A stretch of 64,000 bases of DNA from Octopus sinensis. Its lineage: Eukaryota. The notes under the pieces are model-generated. The model searched no databases, had not been told where the DNA came from, and worked only from the letters and a program-made list of their open reading frames with translations. Every line of letters begins with the position of its first letter. Position 1 is the stretch's first letter. The stretch is from NCBI RefSeq assembly GCF_006345805.1, contig NC_043022.1:8060001-8124000 (forward strand), written 5' to 3'. This document shows, piece by piece, positions 25,055 to 39,360 of the stretch. Made by a program: the position numbers and the translations under genes.

Positions 25055-25475
25055 TATTTCCTGGATTGCTCCGAGGATGGGACTTTCTGGAAAGTTCCTA
25101 GGATTTCCTGGAAAGTTCTGAGGATTTGGGACTTCCTGGAAAGTATGTGTACATACAGGATTTTGGGACTTCCTGCAAAGTTCCATGGATTTCAAGACTT
25201 CTGGGAGAGTTCCGAATGTGGGACTTCCTGGAAAGTTCCGAGGATTTGGGGACCCTCTGGAAGGTTCCGAGGATTTGGGATTTCAGGAAGCTTCCAAGGA
25301 CGGGACTTCCTGGAAAATTCCCTTGAAAGTTCCAACGATTTGGGGACTTCCTGGAAAGTTCCGATGATGGGACTTCTTCGAGAGTTCTGAGGATGGGACT
25401 TCCTGGAAAGTTCAGAGGATTTACTGGAAAGTTCCGCAGATTTTGGGACTTCCTGGGAAGTTCCGATGATGGGAC
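25055..25475. repeat. Degenerate minisatellite, core gggacttcctggaaagttcc, irregular 20-30 bp period
   Basis: About 15 imperfect units; exact TTCCTGGAA at 25105, 25133, 25225, 25307, 25348, 25400. Confidence 0.9.
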
Positions 25476-26442
25476 TAACTTCAATTTCTGCTAATCAGAG
25501 AGCAGAAATTGAAAGAAGATATATATATGTGAAATGGACGTGTGTGTGTGTGTGTGTGTGCATGTGTGCATGCATGGTTGTGTGTGTGTATGTGAGAGAA
25601 GGAGGTTGAGAAAGAGAGATAGACGATAGTTGATTTATGGTATAAAATGTTAAATTTTTGAAATGCAAATATGTGAATGAAAAATTTCATGAATGGGCTG
25701 TTCTGTTGATCAGATCAACAGGAACACTCATCATCATCCTAACTGACAGTGTGCCAGTAGGTGAGCATGAGTGCAGGCTTGCTCGAGTTTAGTCTTTCTA
25801 ATGACACCAGATGGATAGAGATGCTACTGCTGGAGTCTCATGAAAACAATAAGTCTGGTAGTTCAGTGGAGTGACAAGAAGATGTGGAATAATTATCCTA
25901 TATGGAAATAGATAAGGGTTGACATCAAAAAGGGCATCATGCCATCGAATACTACCTCAGGAAGTCTCCTACATTCAAGGGAAGCATGGACAAAAATAGA
26001 CTTAAAAGCAATGATGATACATGTTGCTTATGATGATATATGGACACAGACACACACAAATATATGTATGTATATGTATATATGTGTATGTATAATATAT
26101 ATGTTTGTGTGTATGTATTTATATGTGTGTACACATACACACACATATATATATACATACACACTCATACACACACGCATATATACACACATAGATATAT
26201 ATATGTGTAGGTATATAGGTATATATATATATACATACACACATACACATATATATATGTATATACACACATAGTGATACATATATACACACACATATAT
26301 ATATATATATACGTTAAATGTATACACATATTACATATATATATTATACATGTATAGATATATACATTTATGTGTGTGTGTGTATTTATAGCTGTGTATG
26401 TGTGTGTATATATATATGTACTTACATATACTTACATACTCA

Positions 26443-26482
<40 letters not shown>

Positions 26483-27043
26483 CATATATGCATATATATA
26501 TTTGAAATGAATATATTCCTTCTCATTCACAGTTGACAACCATCTTATATTTGTCTAGCACTCTCTAGTCTCTGATTATTCTGATAGACTTTTTAGTTCG
26601 TACAGTGTAAGATAATCTATCAGTGTAAATAACTAGGAACAGATTGATTTATTGATAAAACACACAAATAAACACACACACACTCACGCGCACACACACG
26701 CACACATACACACATACAAACCCACGTGCATGCACACACACACACGCTCATACACACACACAGATACAGACACAGACGCACACACACACACGCACGTACC
26801 ATTCTAATTAACGAGCCGATAGAAACATCTGCATTATCGTTTATGCCTTGTCTTCAGTATAATGTTCTAAGTTACTATATTTGTATTCTTATTTATTTCA
26901 TGTTTTGTAGATATTTTTGTTGTTTTTTTTTGTTTTGTTTGTTCTCTGTCTTACATTATGGATGTATGCATGCATGTGTGTGTTTATGTGAATGTGGGTG
27001 TACAAGTATATTTATACATATATACACACACGCACACACACAA

Positions 27044-27087
<44 letters not shown>

Positions 27088-27159
27088 CATAGATAGATAG
27101 ATAGATAGATACATACATACATACATATATATACACACACACACATATATATATATTTA

Positions 27160-27215
27160 TGTTTTGTTTTCCAGTTTCAGCTCTTGAGCTGTGGCCATGC
27201 TGGGGCACCGCCATT
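27160..27215 (-). mobile_element. CR1/L2 extreme 3' end fragment
   Basis: Minus strand ggcggtgccccagcatggccacagctcaagagctgaaactgg. Confidence 0.7.
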
Positions 27216-28124
27216 ATATGTATATATATATATATATATATAAAGGATAATATAACACAAGGATGGAGGATAATAGGCTGCAATAGATCACAACATTTGT
27301 TTCTGCACAACACACCAGCAGAAGTTGGTGAGTTTATTTTAAAAAACCATTATAGAAGAACATTCTTCATAATTATTTTGAAGTTGAATATTGCTCATCA
27401 ATGCACGTGTGTGAATGCTTCATTAGAGCAGAATACACACCTACATGCACACACACACACACACACAAACAAACAAACAAACAAGCAAAATAACAAAGGC
27501 AGCTATATGCAATATAAAAGCATAAATGAAAAATTCAGTTGTCACCAATTGTGACTAAGGGTGCTGAGTAGCACCTCTATTGCTAGAAATAAGAATTAAA
27601 AAGCCTTAGAGCCACAAGAAAGCACATTTTCATATTCTAACAGGGGAGATAACTGCTCCACAGTGAGCAAGATCATTATATTAGTCTAGTTTTGCTTGAA
27701 AATTACAAGCTCATCAGTAGTGACTTCTCTGTTGCTAGATGGTTTGGCTAAATCCTGACTGTTTGTAAGTATATTTGCCATTTGAATCTTTGACTGATTC
27801 AGCAAAATGATAATGTGAAAATTATAAAATAATGAAGGCAGCTATATGCAGTGCACAATATACGGAATTAAGAATCTGGTAGCTCTCACAAAAAAGCTCC
27901 TTTAATGGATCAGGCTTGCTCATCTGGTCAATGCAACAAGGATTGTTTGGAGTCATGAGGCTACATTTAAATTAAACAGCTTGATTAACCACCACTATTG
28001 CAGCTTGTGGGGACATGAGAATCCGCACATTACAGAAGAACATCATGATAATTTACCAAGAGTTACATGGTTTGGTTTATCATGAAAAGGATTAATTGGA
28101 CATTGTTGTTATATTTGGGGATGT

Positions 28125-28426
28125 GGAGGCACATGGCCTAGTGGTTAGAGAAGCAGACTTGTGATCGAGGGATTGCAGGTTCGAATCTCAGACTGGGCAA
28201 TGTGTGTATTTATGAGAGAAAAACCTAAGCTCCATGCAGCTCCGGCAGAAGGTAATGGTGAACTTCTGCTGACTCTTTCGCCACAACTTTCTCTCACTCT
28301 TTCTTTCTGCATCTTGCAGCTCACCTGCAATGAACCGGCGTCCCATACAGGTGGGGAACCTATATGCCAAGGAAACTGGGAAACCGGCCCTAATGAGCCA
28401 GGCATGGCTCGAGAAGGAACAAACAA
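28125..28426 (+). mobile_element. SINE family C, tRNA head with V-domain-like block, full length
   Basis: A box tggcctagtgg, B box ggttcgaatc; gcaatgaaccggcgtcccatacaggtggg; related copy at 61417-61640. Confidence 0.85.
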
Positions 28427-28479
28427 TATTTGGGGATAGTCATTTTCTTTTTGCCAAATAACCACATACACTTCAGCTT

Positions 28480-29156
28480 TATTGTTATCTGTATTTTAGT
28501 GTCAAATCTTTCTTTACACATCTTGTGAACTCTTCAGTGACTCTCCATCACAAGTCCCCTCTTCTGTTTGGTCTATTCTTTTCTGTTTTTATGGTGCTGT
28601 GCATAGCCTCATTTAATTCGCTGTGATAATCTGTCATTTCAAGCATTCAAGAGGTCTTTGAAGATGTGAAGTTATAGTCCCAGCAAGATGGGGCACCCTC
28701 ACACCACCATAGTCAAGTTAGGGCCTTCCTTGATGACATTTTACCAAACAGGTTCAACATAAAAGCTTCAGTAGAACCTCATCCACATTCGATACTTTTT
28801 TAGATGGGGCGTTAGGAAGGGCATCCAGCTGTAGAAACTCTGCCATATCAAGACTGGAGCCTGGTGCAGCCATCTGGTTCACCAGCCCACAGTCAAACTG
28901 TCCAACCCATGCTAGCATGGAAAGCGGACGTTAAATGACGATGATGATGCTTAAACAATTAAGGTGACAGCTGAACACCAGCAACAGTTGGCAAACTGAA
29001 GGCAGCCACTGAATGAGACTGTACACAAATACTGTATGAAATGGTTCCTGGTGGTTGGGATTTCATTGCTTCATTTTATCAACATTGTCTGGATGAAAGG
29101 AGTCACCAGTTTGAAAAGGGGTATTCATAAAAAAAAATTAAACTTTGCCCCTGTAG
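28480..29156 (+). pseudogene. Tc1/mariner transposase 3' remnant with an inserted RTE tail (28806-28950)
   Basis: QQDGAPSHHHSQVRAFLDDILPNR catalytic-domain motif; C-terminal CLDERSHQFE; ends gcccctgta (TIR-like). Confidence 0.7.
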
Positions 29157-30471
29157 ATTCTATTAAATTTTGAAAATGAAATGTGTTTTAATAAACACTG
29201 ACTTCACACACATTCAGTGTATGTATACAGTGTGTATACATGGTTTTGGGATGTCCTGAATATATATATATATATTGTGAGTATATGTTTATACATACAT
29301 ACACACACATCCATACATACATACGCACACATATACACAGACACAAATACAAATACACAGATATATTTCTATATGTGTGTGTGTGTGTATGATACATATA
29401 TCACCATCATATATATGTGTATATTTATATATATATATATATATATACATACACACAACAAAAGAAATATAGATATGTATGTGTGTATATATATATATTT
29501 GTATTTTTGTGTAGGTATATATATATATATATCTATATATACCTCCACATACACATGTATATATATATATATATATATGCATATATATATAAGTATATAC
29601 ATGCATACATGTATGTTTTTATATGCATATACGAACTTACATATACACATACATACATACACTAACACACATATATACACACACAAATACACACATATAT
29701 TAATATGAATGTATGTATTTAAAGATAATAATAACGTTTAGAAAAAATATATATTTCACATTTTTTATTTTTGAAGAGAAAAAAAAATGTTAAAATTCTG
29801 AAACCATATATAAAAAAGATATATATTCGCAATAATATTTCTACATTTTCACCAAATATTTTGCAGAGTATCCTCATGAGAAGTGCTTTTTGGCGCATGG
29901 TTATTTTTTCTTAAATTTCTTTTTCTTTTACAAGTTTTGATAGATTGTGTATATTTTTATTGTCTTATTTTATTTTTAGATTTTCTTATTGTAGTTGTTT
30001 TGATTTTGTTGTTGTAATTTTCATTGTTTTATGGTAATTATATTGTTGTTATTTTTTTTCATTTCTTTTTATTTTATATTTTCAAAACTTTTTACATCAT
30101 GTATATGTATGTATGTGTGTGTGTATATATATAAGTTGCATAAGCAAATGTAGATATATTGACATGTAATCTATATACGCATATATGTACTTACATATAT
30201 GTTTATATGTGTGTGTGTATGCTAGTACATATGCATGTTTGTGAATATATATACATATACAGACACATGTATGCACATATGTACTTGCATACACACACAT
30301 ACACACCTATGCATATATATATATATATATGTATATACGCACACATATAAACACATACACACACGCACATACAGACTTGTATGCATATATACAACTACAG
30401 AAATATGTGTAGAGTTATACAAATAGTTACATCCATCCACACTGATATATGCACAATACACACATATGCAA

Positions 30472-30512
<41 letters not shown>

Positions 30513-30703
30513 CATGCATGTGTGTGTGTACATGTGTGTATATGAATATACACACACACACATATAGAAACATATATATGTATTTATATATATAGATACA
30601 TATATATATATATACATGTTTGTATATATATATATACACATACATACATATATATATATATGTATATATGTATATATATGTGTGAGTATATATATATATA
30701 TAA

Positions 30704-30736
<33 letters not shown>

Positions 30737-30805
30737 CATATGTTTGTATATATATGTATATATGTATGTATATATATGTATATATATGTGTGTGTGTGTG
30801 TGTGC

Positions 30806-30858
<53 letters not shown>

Positions 30859-31049
30859 CATATATCTATACATACCTGTTCACCACACTCATACACACAC
30901 ACAATCACTAAATATATTCTGACAAAAGATGTTTGCGTATATTTAACTTCAGTTCTGAACTGTTATTTTTATAATGAAAAAAAACCCATTATTTTAATTT
31001 TTTAGTCATTGTTATGGGTATTGTTGTCGCCATTATCATCACCTTTACC

Positions 31050-31430
31050 AGTGGCAGTGTCATCATCATCATCGCCATTATCATCATCATTACATCATCA
31101 TCACCATCATCATCGCCATCGTTGCTGTCTTCATCATGATGATCCTCATCGTCAACATTCCCATTACCATCATTAACAACACTACCATCAGCACCAGCGG
31201 TGGCAGTAGGAGAGACAACATCACCACTACCAGCATCATCATCATCATCATCATCATCATCGTTGTCGTCGTTATTGTAATTGTCATCACTATCGTGATC
31301 ATCATTAGCGGCAGCAGCATCTTCTTTACTGGCATCATCATCATCATCACCACCACAATCATCATCATCATCGTTTTCATTATTGTCATCATCATCATCA
31401 CTGCCTTCATTTTCATGATAATTGAGAGGG
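31050..31430. repeat. (CAT)n/(CAC)n-rich low-complexity tract
   Basis: Direct inspection; source of ORFs 31090-31593 and 31136-31453. Confidence 0.9.
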
Positions 31431-31734
31431 AGAGGAACAGGAGAAAAAGATAGGCAGAGGGACAGAGGAGAGAAAGAGACAGACAGAGAATGAGAAAGAA
31501 AGAGAGTGAAATAGAGAGATTAAGAGACTGAGAGAGAGAGGGGGGAGGGGAGATGAGGATGATACCTGTGAAGCTGGCATACCTTAAAAACATTTAAAGA
31601 CATGAAATGTTTGTCTTCATGTCGCTGTTACAAACCAAAAGACATTAAGATTTTTCACTTGTGTAATGAATTGGATGGACAGCATTAATAGTTATTTGGA
31701 GAACAGAATTTCTTAATTTCTTAAGAGCACCATC

Positions 31735-32160
31735 CGAGCATGATCGCTGCCAGAGCAGCCGACTGGTTTCCATGCTGGTGGCACATAAAAAACGCCATTC
31801 AAATGTGACCATTACCAGTGGTGCCCTACTGGCACTTGTGCCGGAGGCACGTGAAAAACAACATTTGAGCAAGGTTATTGCCAGTGCCGCTGGACTGGCT
31901 CCTGTGCGGGTGGCACATAAAAAACACCACTTGAGCATGGCCATTGCCAGTACGGCCTGACTGGCCCTTGTGCCGGTGACACGTAAAAGCACCCACCACA
32001 CTCTCGGAGTGGTTGGCGTTAGGAAGTGCATCCAGCTGTAGAAACTCTGCTAGATCAGATTGCAGCCTGGTGCAACCATCTGGTTCGCCAGTCCTCAGTC
32101 AAATCGTCCAACACATGCTAGTATGGAAAGCAGATGTTAAACGATGATGATGATGATGAT
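31735..32160 (+). mobile_element. RTE 3' UTR fragment with ~62-bp subrepeats and (GAT)n tail
   Basis: Repeated ggtggcacataaaaaac units, then cactctcggagtggttggcgttaggaag...gttaaacgatgatgatg. Confidence 0.85.
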
Positions 32161-32661
32161 ATATAGTCTGCTACATGTCTTTGTGGGTGAGTAACACCTT
32201 AGCATTTGGAGCTGTTGAATTTGTTCTACTTTATAAGATTCACTTTCTAAATCATTCGAAATGAACTGGAGTCATTCTGTTTATTTTTTGTATTTGTCTA
32301 GTAATGCTTAATGAAACAGTTTGAAGTTTTCTAAATTAACCAACAGCGTTTCTTCTTTCTTACTACAACAGTATTTCTCTTTAGTTCAGTTTGTCTTTTG
32401 TCTTTGAAAGTTCATTCTGCTTCCGTATAACTAATGTCTTAATATTCATAAATTTTGATGATTCGCTGTGCATTGCAACATTTATAAAGGATTTCTTCAT
32501 CATTATTGTTGTCCAAACAGTTCTTTTAAGGCAAGTTGTTCCCATACTATAGAACAATGACACTTAAGTTTGATTCAATTATTTTCCTCTAAAACTAATA
32601 AAAATCTTTCCCTCTGAATCTTCTACAAAGTCTCTACTTTCTTACTGGAGTTGTTCTGTTT

Positions 32662-32815
32662 ATCATCATCATCCTCATCGTTTAACGTCCACTTTCCATG
32701 CTAGCATGGACTGGACGATTTTGACTGAGGGCTGGTGAACCAGATGGTTGCACCAGGGTCCAATCTTGATTTGGCAGAGTTTCTACAGCTGGATACCCTT
32801 CCTAACGCCACCCAC
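32662..32815 (-). mobile_element. Solo RTE 3' tail
   Basis: catcatcatcctcatcgtttaacgtccactttccatgctagcatgg...cccttcctaacgcc. Confidence 0.85.
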
Positions 32816-32995
32816 TTTAAGGGTATCACAAAAAACCTGGCTGGAAGCCCAATCTTCAGAGTTTTTTTTTTCAGGGCTTATAAAAACTGAAGGATTGGTG
32901 CGAATTTGAGAGAGGAATATGTTGAATAAAAGTATAATTAACTGATCTTCTTGTATTTTCGTTTACCCAAAGCTAGGAGCTTTCCAACCTTCCCT
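32816..32995 (+). mobile_element. Partial mariner MITE
   Basis: Near-identical to 33575-33768 (aagggtatcacaaaaaacctggctggaagcccaatc). Confidence 0.75.
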
Positions 32996-33011
32996 TATGT
33001 AAGTATGTATC

Positions 33012-33046
<35 letters not shown>

Positions 33047-33499
33047 TTATCTTTTCAGAATTTCATTCTGTTATCTTAATCGTCTCATAATGTTTTAATG
33101 TTCATAAATTCAGACAATTCATTTGGCATCGCAACAGTCCTAAGAAATTCCAATGTTACTTTACCATGTGGTCTGCCGCAGTATCTGTAGACTGTGCTGT
33201 GGAATTGATTAGATAAGAGAAGTGAAGTGAGAGAGTGATTGTTTATTCCATTTGTTGACAGCTGTTTTGTAATTTGTGTTAGTTACATAAGTGATGCTCC
33301 ACCATCATGCATATATAAATAAATATATGATGATGAGGTTATATCCTAGCCTTAACTATGATTTTTCTCAAGAGCCTGCACCAGGCGGAGAGCTAATAGT
33401 GAGCTCTGTTTGATTTTTCAAACTGTATTCTTGTTACATACATATATATATACACATACATGCACACATGGACACACACACCAACACACGCACGTGCAC

Positions 33500-33535
<36 letters not shown>

Positions 33536-33547
33536 CGCACACATGTG

Positions 33548-33768
33548 TATGAGGGGGTGCTGAAAAGTTTCTGGCTTTAAGGGTATCACAAAAAACCTGG
33601 CTGGAAGCCCAATCTTCAGAGTTATTTTTCAGGGCTTAGAAAAACTGAAGGATTGGTGGAATAAATGCATGAATCTGAGAGAGGAATATGTTGAATAAAA
33701 GTATAATTAACTGATCTTCTTGTATTTTCTTTTACCCAAAGTTAGGAACTTTTCAACACCCTCTTGTA
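33548..33768 (+). mobile_element. Mariner-type MITE (~220 bp)
   Basis: TIRs tatgagggggtgctgaaaagtttctggcttt / aaagttaggaacttttcaacaccctcttgta. Confidence 0.8.
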
Positions 33769-33780
33769 TGTATATGTGTG

Positions 33781-33846
<66 letters not shown>

Positions 33847-33984
33847 CAGATATATATGTGTGACCCTCATACACACACACATGCACACACATTCATGCAT
33901 ACTTGCACTCATACTCATGTGTATGCACACAAAAACCCCCACACACTCTACTTCACCTCTCACTTTCTCCCTCTCATGCATGCA

Positions 33985-34300
33985 TGGAAAGTTTGTGAGG
34001 AACCCATTGATCCAATTTGCTGACTTTTCCAATGGCACACAGGTGTTGATGAATGGATGACTGACCAATTCCAAGCTTCTCTGCTAGTTCCTCAACAGTT
34101 ACGATGGGATTTCATTCCACCAGGTTTTGCAGGACGTCCTTGTTGAGCTCCACAGATCTTCCAGGATGAGGCTTGTTTTCTAGGCTGTAGTTTCTAACTA
34201 GGAATTTCTGGAACCACTGTTGTCACTATTGTCCAATCCCCATATACTGCATTAATATTCCTTGACACTTTCCGTGGCATTGTTGCTTCTATTGAACTAG
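33985..34300 (-). pseudogene. Mariner transposase N-terminal remnant
   Basis: aagtttgtgaggaacccattgatccaatttg encodes KLDQWVPHKL (WVPHEL motif) on the minus strand; same motif at 47370-47400. Confidence 0.65.
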
Positions 34301-34538
34301 GAAAGCAAGATATGCTGAATATGCTCCTTTGTCACTTCCATTATAGCCTTGATGAAATAACTGTTAAAATGGAAGTGCAGTCTTCAAAACTTGCACAAGG
34401 TAAAATTACTGCCTGCTTTTATAGCAAGTTGATGCACATATTTATTGCTCCACCCCGACTTATAATTCGTGCATTTGAAAAAAATACATTATTTATGGGT
34501 TGACCCAATATAAGTATATATACATATATATATCGAGA

Positions 34539-35364
34539 TATGAGGGGGTACCCAAAAGAGACTGGAATCATGCAATATTATTTTATTCATTTAGTTTTAC
34601 ATGTTTACACTTTTATTGCCTTCAAAGTTTTCTCCATTTGAAGCACTGCATCAGTCCAGACATGTTTTCCACTGTTCAAAGCATTGCTGGAACTCTTGCG
34701 AAGCGATGCCTGTTAATGCCTCCGTTGTTATTTTCAGGACCTCTTCCACATTTGCAAATTCTGTAGTACCAATGATGACCTTTGAAAATGATCTGGATCA
34801 ACTTCCAACTGTTCTTTTAGTTCATGACATGCATATTTTGCTGTAACTGTTTTCATTTGCAATTCCTCGACCAAAATTCATTGCAGGGATCTCCAGGACA
34901 TACCAGCCATATCTACAAGTTCGTCAATTGTATTGTGATGGTCCTCCCAGATCAGTGCATGAATTTTCATTTGTTTGAGAGATTGACTGTCGCCCTGAAC
35001 AAGGTTGGCCTTCAAGCGACAAGTGACCATTCCTAAAGCATGAATACCATCTATAAATTTGAGTTTTGCTCATGGCTGCATCCTAGTAAACAGTTTGAAG
35101 CATGATAACTGTTTCAGCCACCATTTTTCTCATCAGGAAACAAAATTTCATGGAAGCACGCAGCTCTTTCATTGCAGCCATTGCAAAAATCCATGATCAA
35201 GGGAGAAGCACTGCAAAACAAAGATGCAGCACGTGGCAGTATGTCTGTTGATGATGCCAGTTGGCAAACTGGTGCTTGAAGGTCGAGTCAAGTGGAAGCC
35301 TGAACTACAATGGGCTTATTCCACAGAGAACATTTCTGGTTGCTTTGAGGTACCTCCTCATGTA
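34539..35364 (-). mobile_element. Internally deleted mariner element
   Basis: TIRs tatgagggggtacccaaaa / tttgaggtacctcctcatgta; minus-strand C-terminal CFEQWKTCLD*CSASNGENFEG. Confidence 0.75.
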
Positions 35365-35794
35365 TGTAGATATCTGTGTTTCATGTGATGTGTATGCATG
35401 TATATCTATATCTATATCTATATATATGTATACAATTGTACATGTATATATATATGTATGTTGTGTTTAGGGCATTCTGTAATTTATCTATAATATGCAT
35501 GTGTGCATCAGCATCTGTGGAGGGCATGAAGCCTTGGAAAATCTGTCACAACAAATTCTGTCTGACCCATGCAAGTATGGGAAGTTGAATTTGAAATGAT
35601 GATGACAAAGATGATACATATGTGTGTGTCTTCATATATCTATTTATCTATATAGATATAGACATATATATAAACATATTTATATATACATACACATATT
35701 CATATATGTACATATATATAAATATTTTTTTATATATATATATGTATACATGCATATGTTTATATCTTTATCTATCTGTCTGTTTCTCTCTCTG

Positions 35795-35892
<98 letters not shown>

Positions 35893-36179
35893 CACACACA
35901 CACAAACACAGATGAACAAACCTTCACACCACATACATATATCTTCTATGCAATATATTCCTTGTTGATATCCTTATACACACACACACACACACACAGA
36001 TACATATATATTTAGTGTTTTACAAACCTCTATATCTTATCTGCTAGTTCCGAGTACAATGTAACCATTCTATTGTCTTAATTATTTAATACTAATTATT
36101 TCTATTGTTTGAAATTGATACACTAAACAATTAGATCTTTGTTTGGGGCTTCTTATGAATTATTTATCTGCTTCTGGTA

Positions 36180-36204
36180 GTGGTGGTTGAAATTATTATT
36201 ATTA

Positions 36205-36256
<52 letters not shown>

Positions 36257-36777
36257 CATTATTATTATTATTATTATTATTAGTTACAGTATTGTTATTG
36301 GTCTGTTTTATGGATATTATTTTTATTCTTGAAAACATCCTTATTATTATTGTCGTCATTGAGATTATGTTGTGTGAATATAAATGAATGTCTGTGCATG
36401 TGTGTGAGTGCATGTGCGCGCACGTTTCAATGTGTAGGTGTGTGAGTGTACAAATGTATATATAAATATATAAATATATATGTATAAAGTATATATACTT
36501 ATATCTATCTATCCATTGACGTTTGTTATGTAACTGTATATATTTATAATATATATACATATGTATATACGTATATGCACATACATACACATATATAATG
36601 TATATGTATACATACATAGATACACACACACACACATACATGTATATATATATATATATTTACACATGCATATATAAATATGTTTATTTGTTATTTAATA
36701 ATATTATCATTGTTAGTATTACTATTTGCATTATCATATTATTGTTGTTGTTATTGTTGCTGTTATTATTATTATTA

Positions 36778-36823
<46 letters not shown>

Positions 36824-36856
36824 CATCATCATTATCATTATTATCATCACTATTAC

Positions 36857-36896
<40 letters not shown>

Positions 36897-37890
36897 ACAG
36901 AATAATATCAATTTTTTTAAAGTAGCAAATGAACAAAGGGTATTATTTGATTAAATGAATGATGTCTTAAAATTTTAATCCAAGTACTCTCTCGCACCAG
37001 CTGTGGCAGCGGCTGCTGTCGGAGGTGGTGGTAGTTGAGATGATAATAATGATGATGAGGATGATGATGGTGGTGGTGTGTGGTGGTAGTGGTGGTGGTT
37101 GTAACATTGGTGGGAGTGCTACTGATAATAGAAGTTGTAGTAATGATGTAAAAGTTGTATAATAATGATAGTGGTGGTGGTGCTAAAGAAGGAGGAGGAG
37201 AAGTTGAAGAAAAAGCAGATGATGATGATGAGGATGATGATTATGTATGGTAATGATGATGGTGATGACGAAGAATTAGTTGTAGTAGTAGTAGCGGTGG
37301 TAGAAGAAGAAGAAGAAAAAGAAGAAGAAGAAGAAGAAAAAGAAGAAGAAAAAGAAGAAGAAGAAGAAAAAGAAGATGAAGAAGAAGGAAAGCTTGTAAT
37401 ACAGGTGAATGTGTGAAGATATTAATTCATATAGAATTGACAACAACAATACAAGTATAACAACAACAACAACCTCACCACCACCACCACTATCATCAAC
37501 AACAATTTTAAAGGAATTACAATTCTATTTTTCCTGTTCCTCAAATATATTTGAAAAGGCTGAGGCGTTTCTTTTTTCACTCCATCAAAAATATGTCGTT
37601 TATTTGCAGTCTTTCATCTTCTGCTCGTCTTCTGTCTTTGTTCTTTCTCATTAGTTCATGGGTTGTGTTGTTGTTATTGTAGTTGTTGTAGTAGTAGTAG
37701 TTGTCGTTGTTGTAGTAGTAGCAGTTGTCGTTGTTGTTGTTGTTTGTGGTGGTGGTGCTGGTGGTGGTGGGTGTTGTTAGTGGTGATGGAGATGATAGTG
37801 TTGATGGTATTGTTGTTGCTGCTGTTGGTGGTGGTGGTGGTGAAAAGGGTGTTCTTGCTGCTGGGATTTCTGTTGTTAGTGTTGTTGTTG

Positions 37891-37922
<32 letters not shown>

Positions 37923-38105
37923 GGTGGTGGTGGTGGTGGTTGGTGGTGGTGGTGGTTGGTGATGGTGGTGATAGTGTTGATGGTATTGTTGTTGTTATTG
38001 ATGTTGAAAATGGTGTTCTTGCTGCTGGTATTTCTGTTGTAGATATTGTTGTCATCATTATTGTTATCAAATCTCAATTTTCTCTTACATCATCATCATC
38101 ATCAT
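36180..38105. repeat. Cluster of trinucleotide tracts (ATT, GAT, GAA, CAA, GTT, GGT) with a diverged ~95-bp direct repeat (37785-37880 vs 37955-38050)
   Basis: Direct inspection; gatagtgttgatggtattgttgttg...ggtgttcttgctgctgg(g/t)atttctgttgt occurs twice. Confidence 0.85.
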
Positions 38106-38202
38106 TCAAGGTTTTTGCTTCGTATACCTGGGTTTATCTTGTTCAATAATGTGCCTTTCCTTTGGGAGACAACAGGGTGTGAGAATACCCTATACCCTAC
38201 AG

Positions 38203-38513
38203 CAGTGTTTCTCAACCTATCTTCCCCCCCAAACCCCACTATAACTTTCCAGAAAAATGTATACCCTCCACCCCAACCCCCTTGGTTGGTAGAAAACAAC
38301 TTTATTTTTGATATTTTATTGCAATTATTTAATACAAAACTATTGGTAACTCTTTTATTAAGTACTGAGTACAAAAAATGTACCTTATTGACTAAGAAGA
38401 AAAAACGGAATCACTTTAATGAGAACCTTGTCTCTGATGACTATGGCACCATGCCCTGTGACAATTTTCGAAGCCCCATCGGTTGGGTGTGTGCCCCACA
38501 TTGGGAATCACAG
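38203..38513 (+). mobile_element. hAT (Charlie-like) MITE
   Basis: cagtgtttctcaacc ... ttgggaatcacag ends; 8-bp flanks ccctacag / cccttcag (7/8 identical TSD). Confidence 0.8.
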
Positions 38514-38544
38514 CCCTTCAGATTCTATTTTAAATATCCTAATG

Positions 38545-38870
38545 TCCCTATTTTCTGTATATCTTTATAGGGGATCTATCATTGTCATTTGCCATATTCC
38601 TGTAGGCAGGGTAAGGCAGCACTTCCAGCCCCTCAAGTTCCTTGACTTCAGGCTTGGTCACAGTAGCAGTGTTTGCCGAGGCATTGTCATGCTGTAGGAG
38701 TGCGCATCTTTCATTGATCAATGCTGGGTAGCAGGCTGTCAAAGCATCATAAACTCACTACAGTTGTTGAGAGTAAAGGTTAGCATTTGCAGCATGACCA
38801 TCTGTGAAAATCTCAAATATGTTGGATATGTGGAAGAGAAAGATGCCTCAGTAGTAGAAAATGTTCCTTG
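38545..38870 (-). pseudogene. Mariner transposase catalytic-domain fragment
   Basis: LLQHDNASANTATVTKPEVKELEGLEVLPYPAY (HDNARPH...EVLPHPAY). Confidence 0.75.
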
Positions 38871-38945
38871 TAAACTGAAAATCTAAGAAATTTTTATCCA
38901 TCACAGAATATAATACAAGAAATAAAAAAAAAATGAAGATAATTA

Positions 38946-39360
38946 GGCGCAGGAGTGGCTGTGTGGTAAGTAGCTTGCTTACCAACCACATGGCTCCACG
39001 GGTTCAGTCCCACTGCGTGGCACCTTGGGCAAGTGTCTTCTGCTATAGCCTCGGGCTGACCAATGCCTTGTGAGTGGATTTGGTACACGGAAACTGAAAG
39101 AAGCCTGTCGTATATATGTATATATATATGTATTTGTGTGTATGTTTGTGTGTCTGTGTTTGTCCTCCTAGCATTGCTTGACAACCAATGCTGGTGTGTT
39201 TACGTCCCCGTCACTTAGCGGTTCGGCAAAAGAGACCGATAGAATAAGTACTGGGCTTACAAAGAATAAGTCCCGGGGTCGATTTGCTCGACTAAAGGCG
39301 GTACTCCAGCATGGCCGCAGTCAAATGACTGAAACAAGTAAGAGTAAAAGAGAAAGAGTA
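38946..39360 (+). mobile_element. SINE family A, best full-length copy (tRNA head, CORE-like block, internal microsatellite, CR1/L2-like tail)
   Basis: A box tggctgtgtgg, B box gggttcagtcc, ccttgggcaagt block, (TA/TG)n, 3' cagtc-aaat-gactg stem-loop and (aaaagag)n. Confidence 0.92.

Noticed and set aside
25724-26010. Unique, moderately GC-rich stretch that looked exon-like
   Set aside because: Only short frames on both strands, no recognisable motif or paired splice sites.
27644-27764. Segment between a good acceptor (ttctaacag) and a gtaagt donor
   Set aside because: Stops in all three frames; could be a non-coding exon but there is no other support.
32200-32560. Coding-like minus-strand fragments
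   Set aside because: Multiple stops and no identifiable family.
38946-39020. tRNA genes at SINE heads (also 17001, 28125, 61417)
   Set aside because: A and B boxes are present but they run into SINE bodies without a complete cloverleaf.
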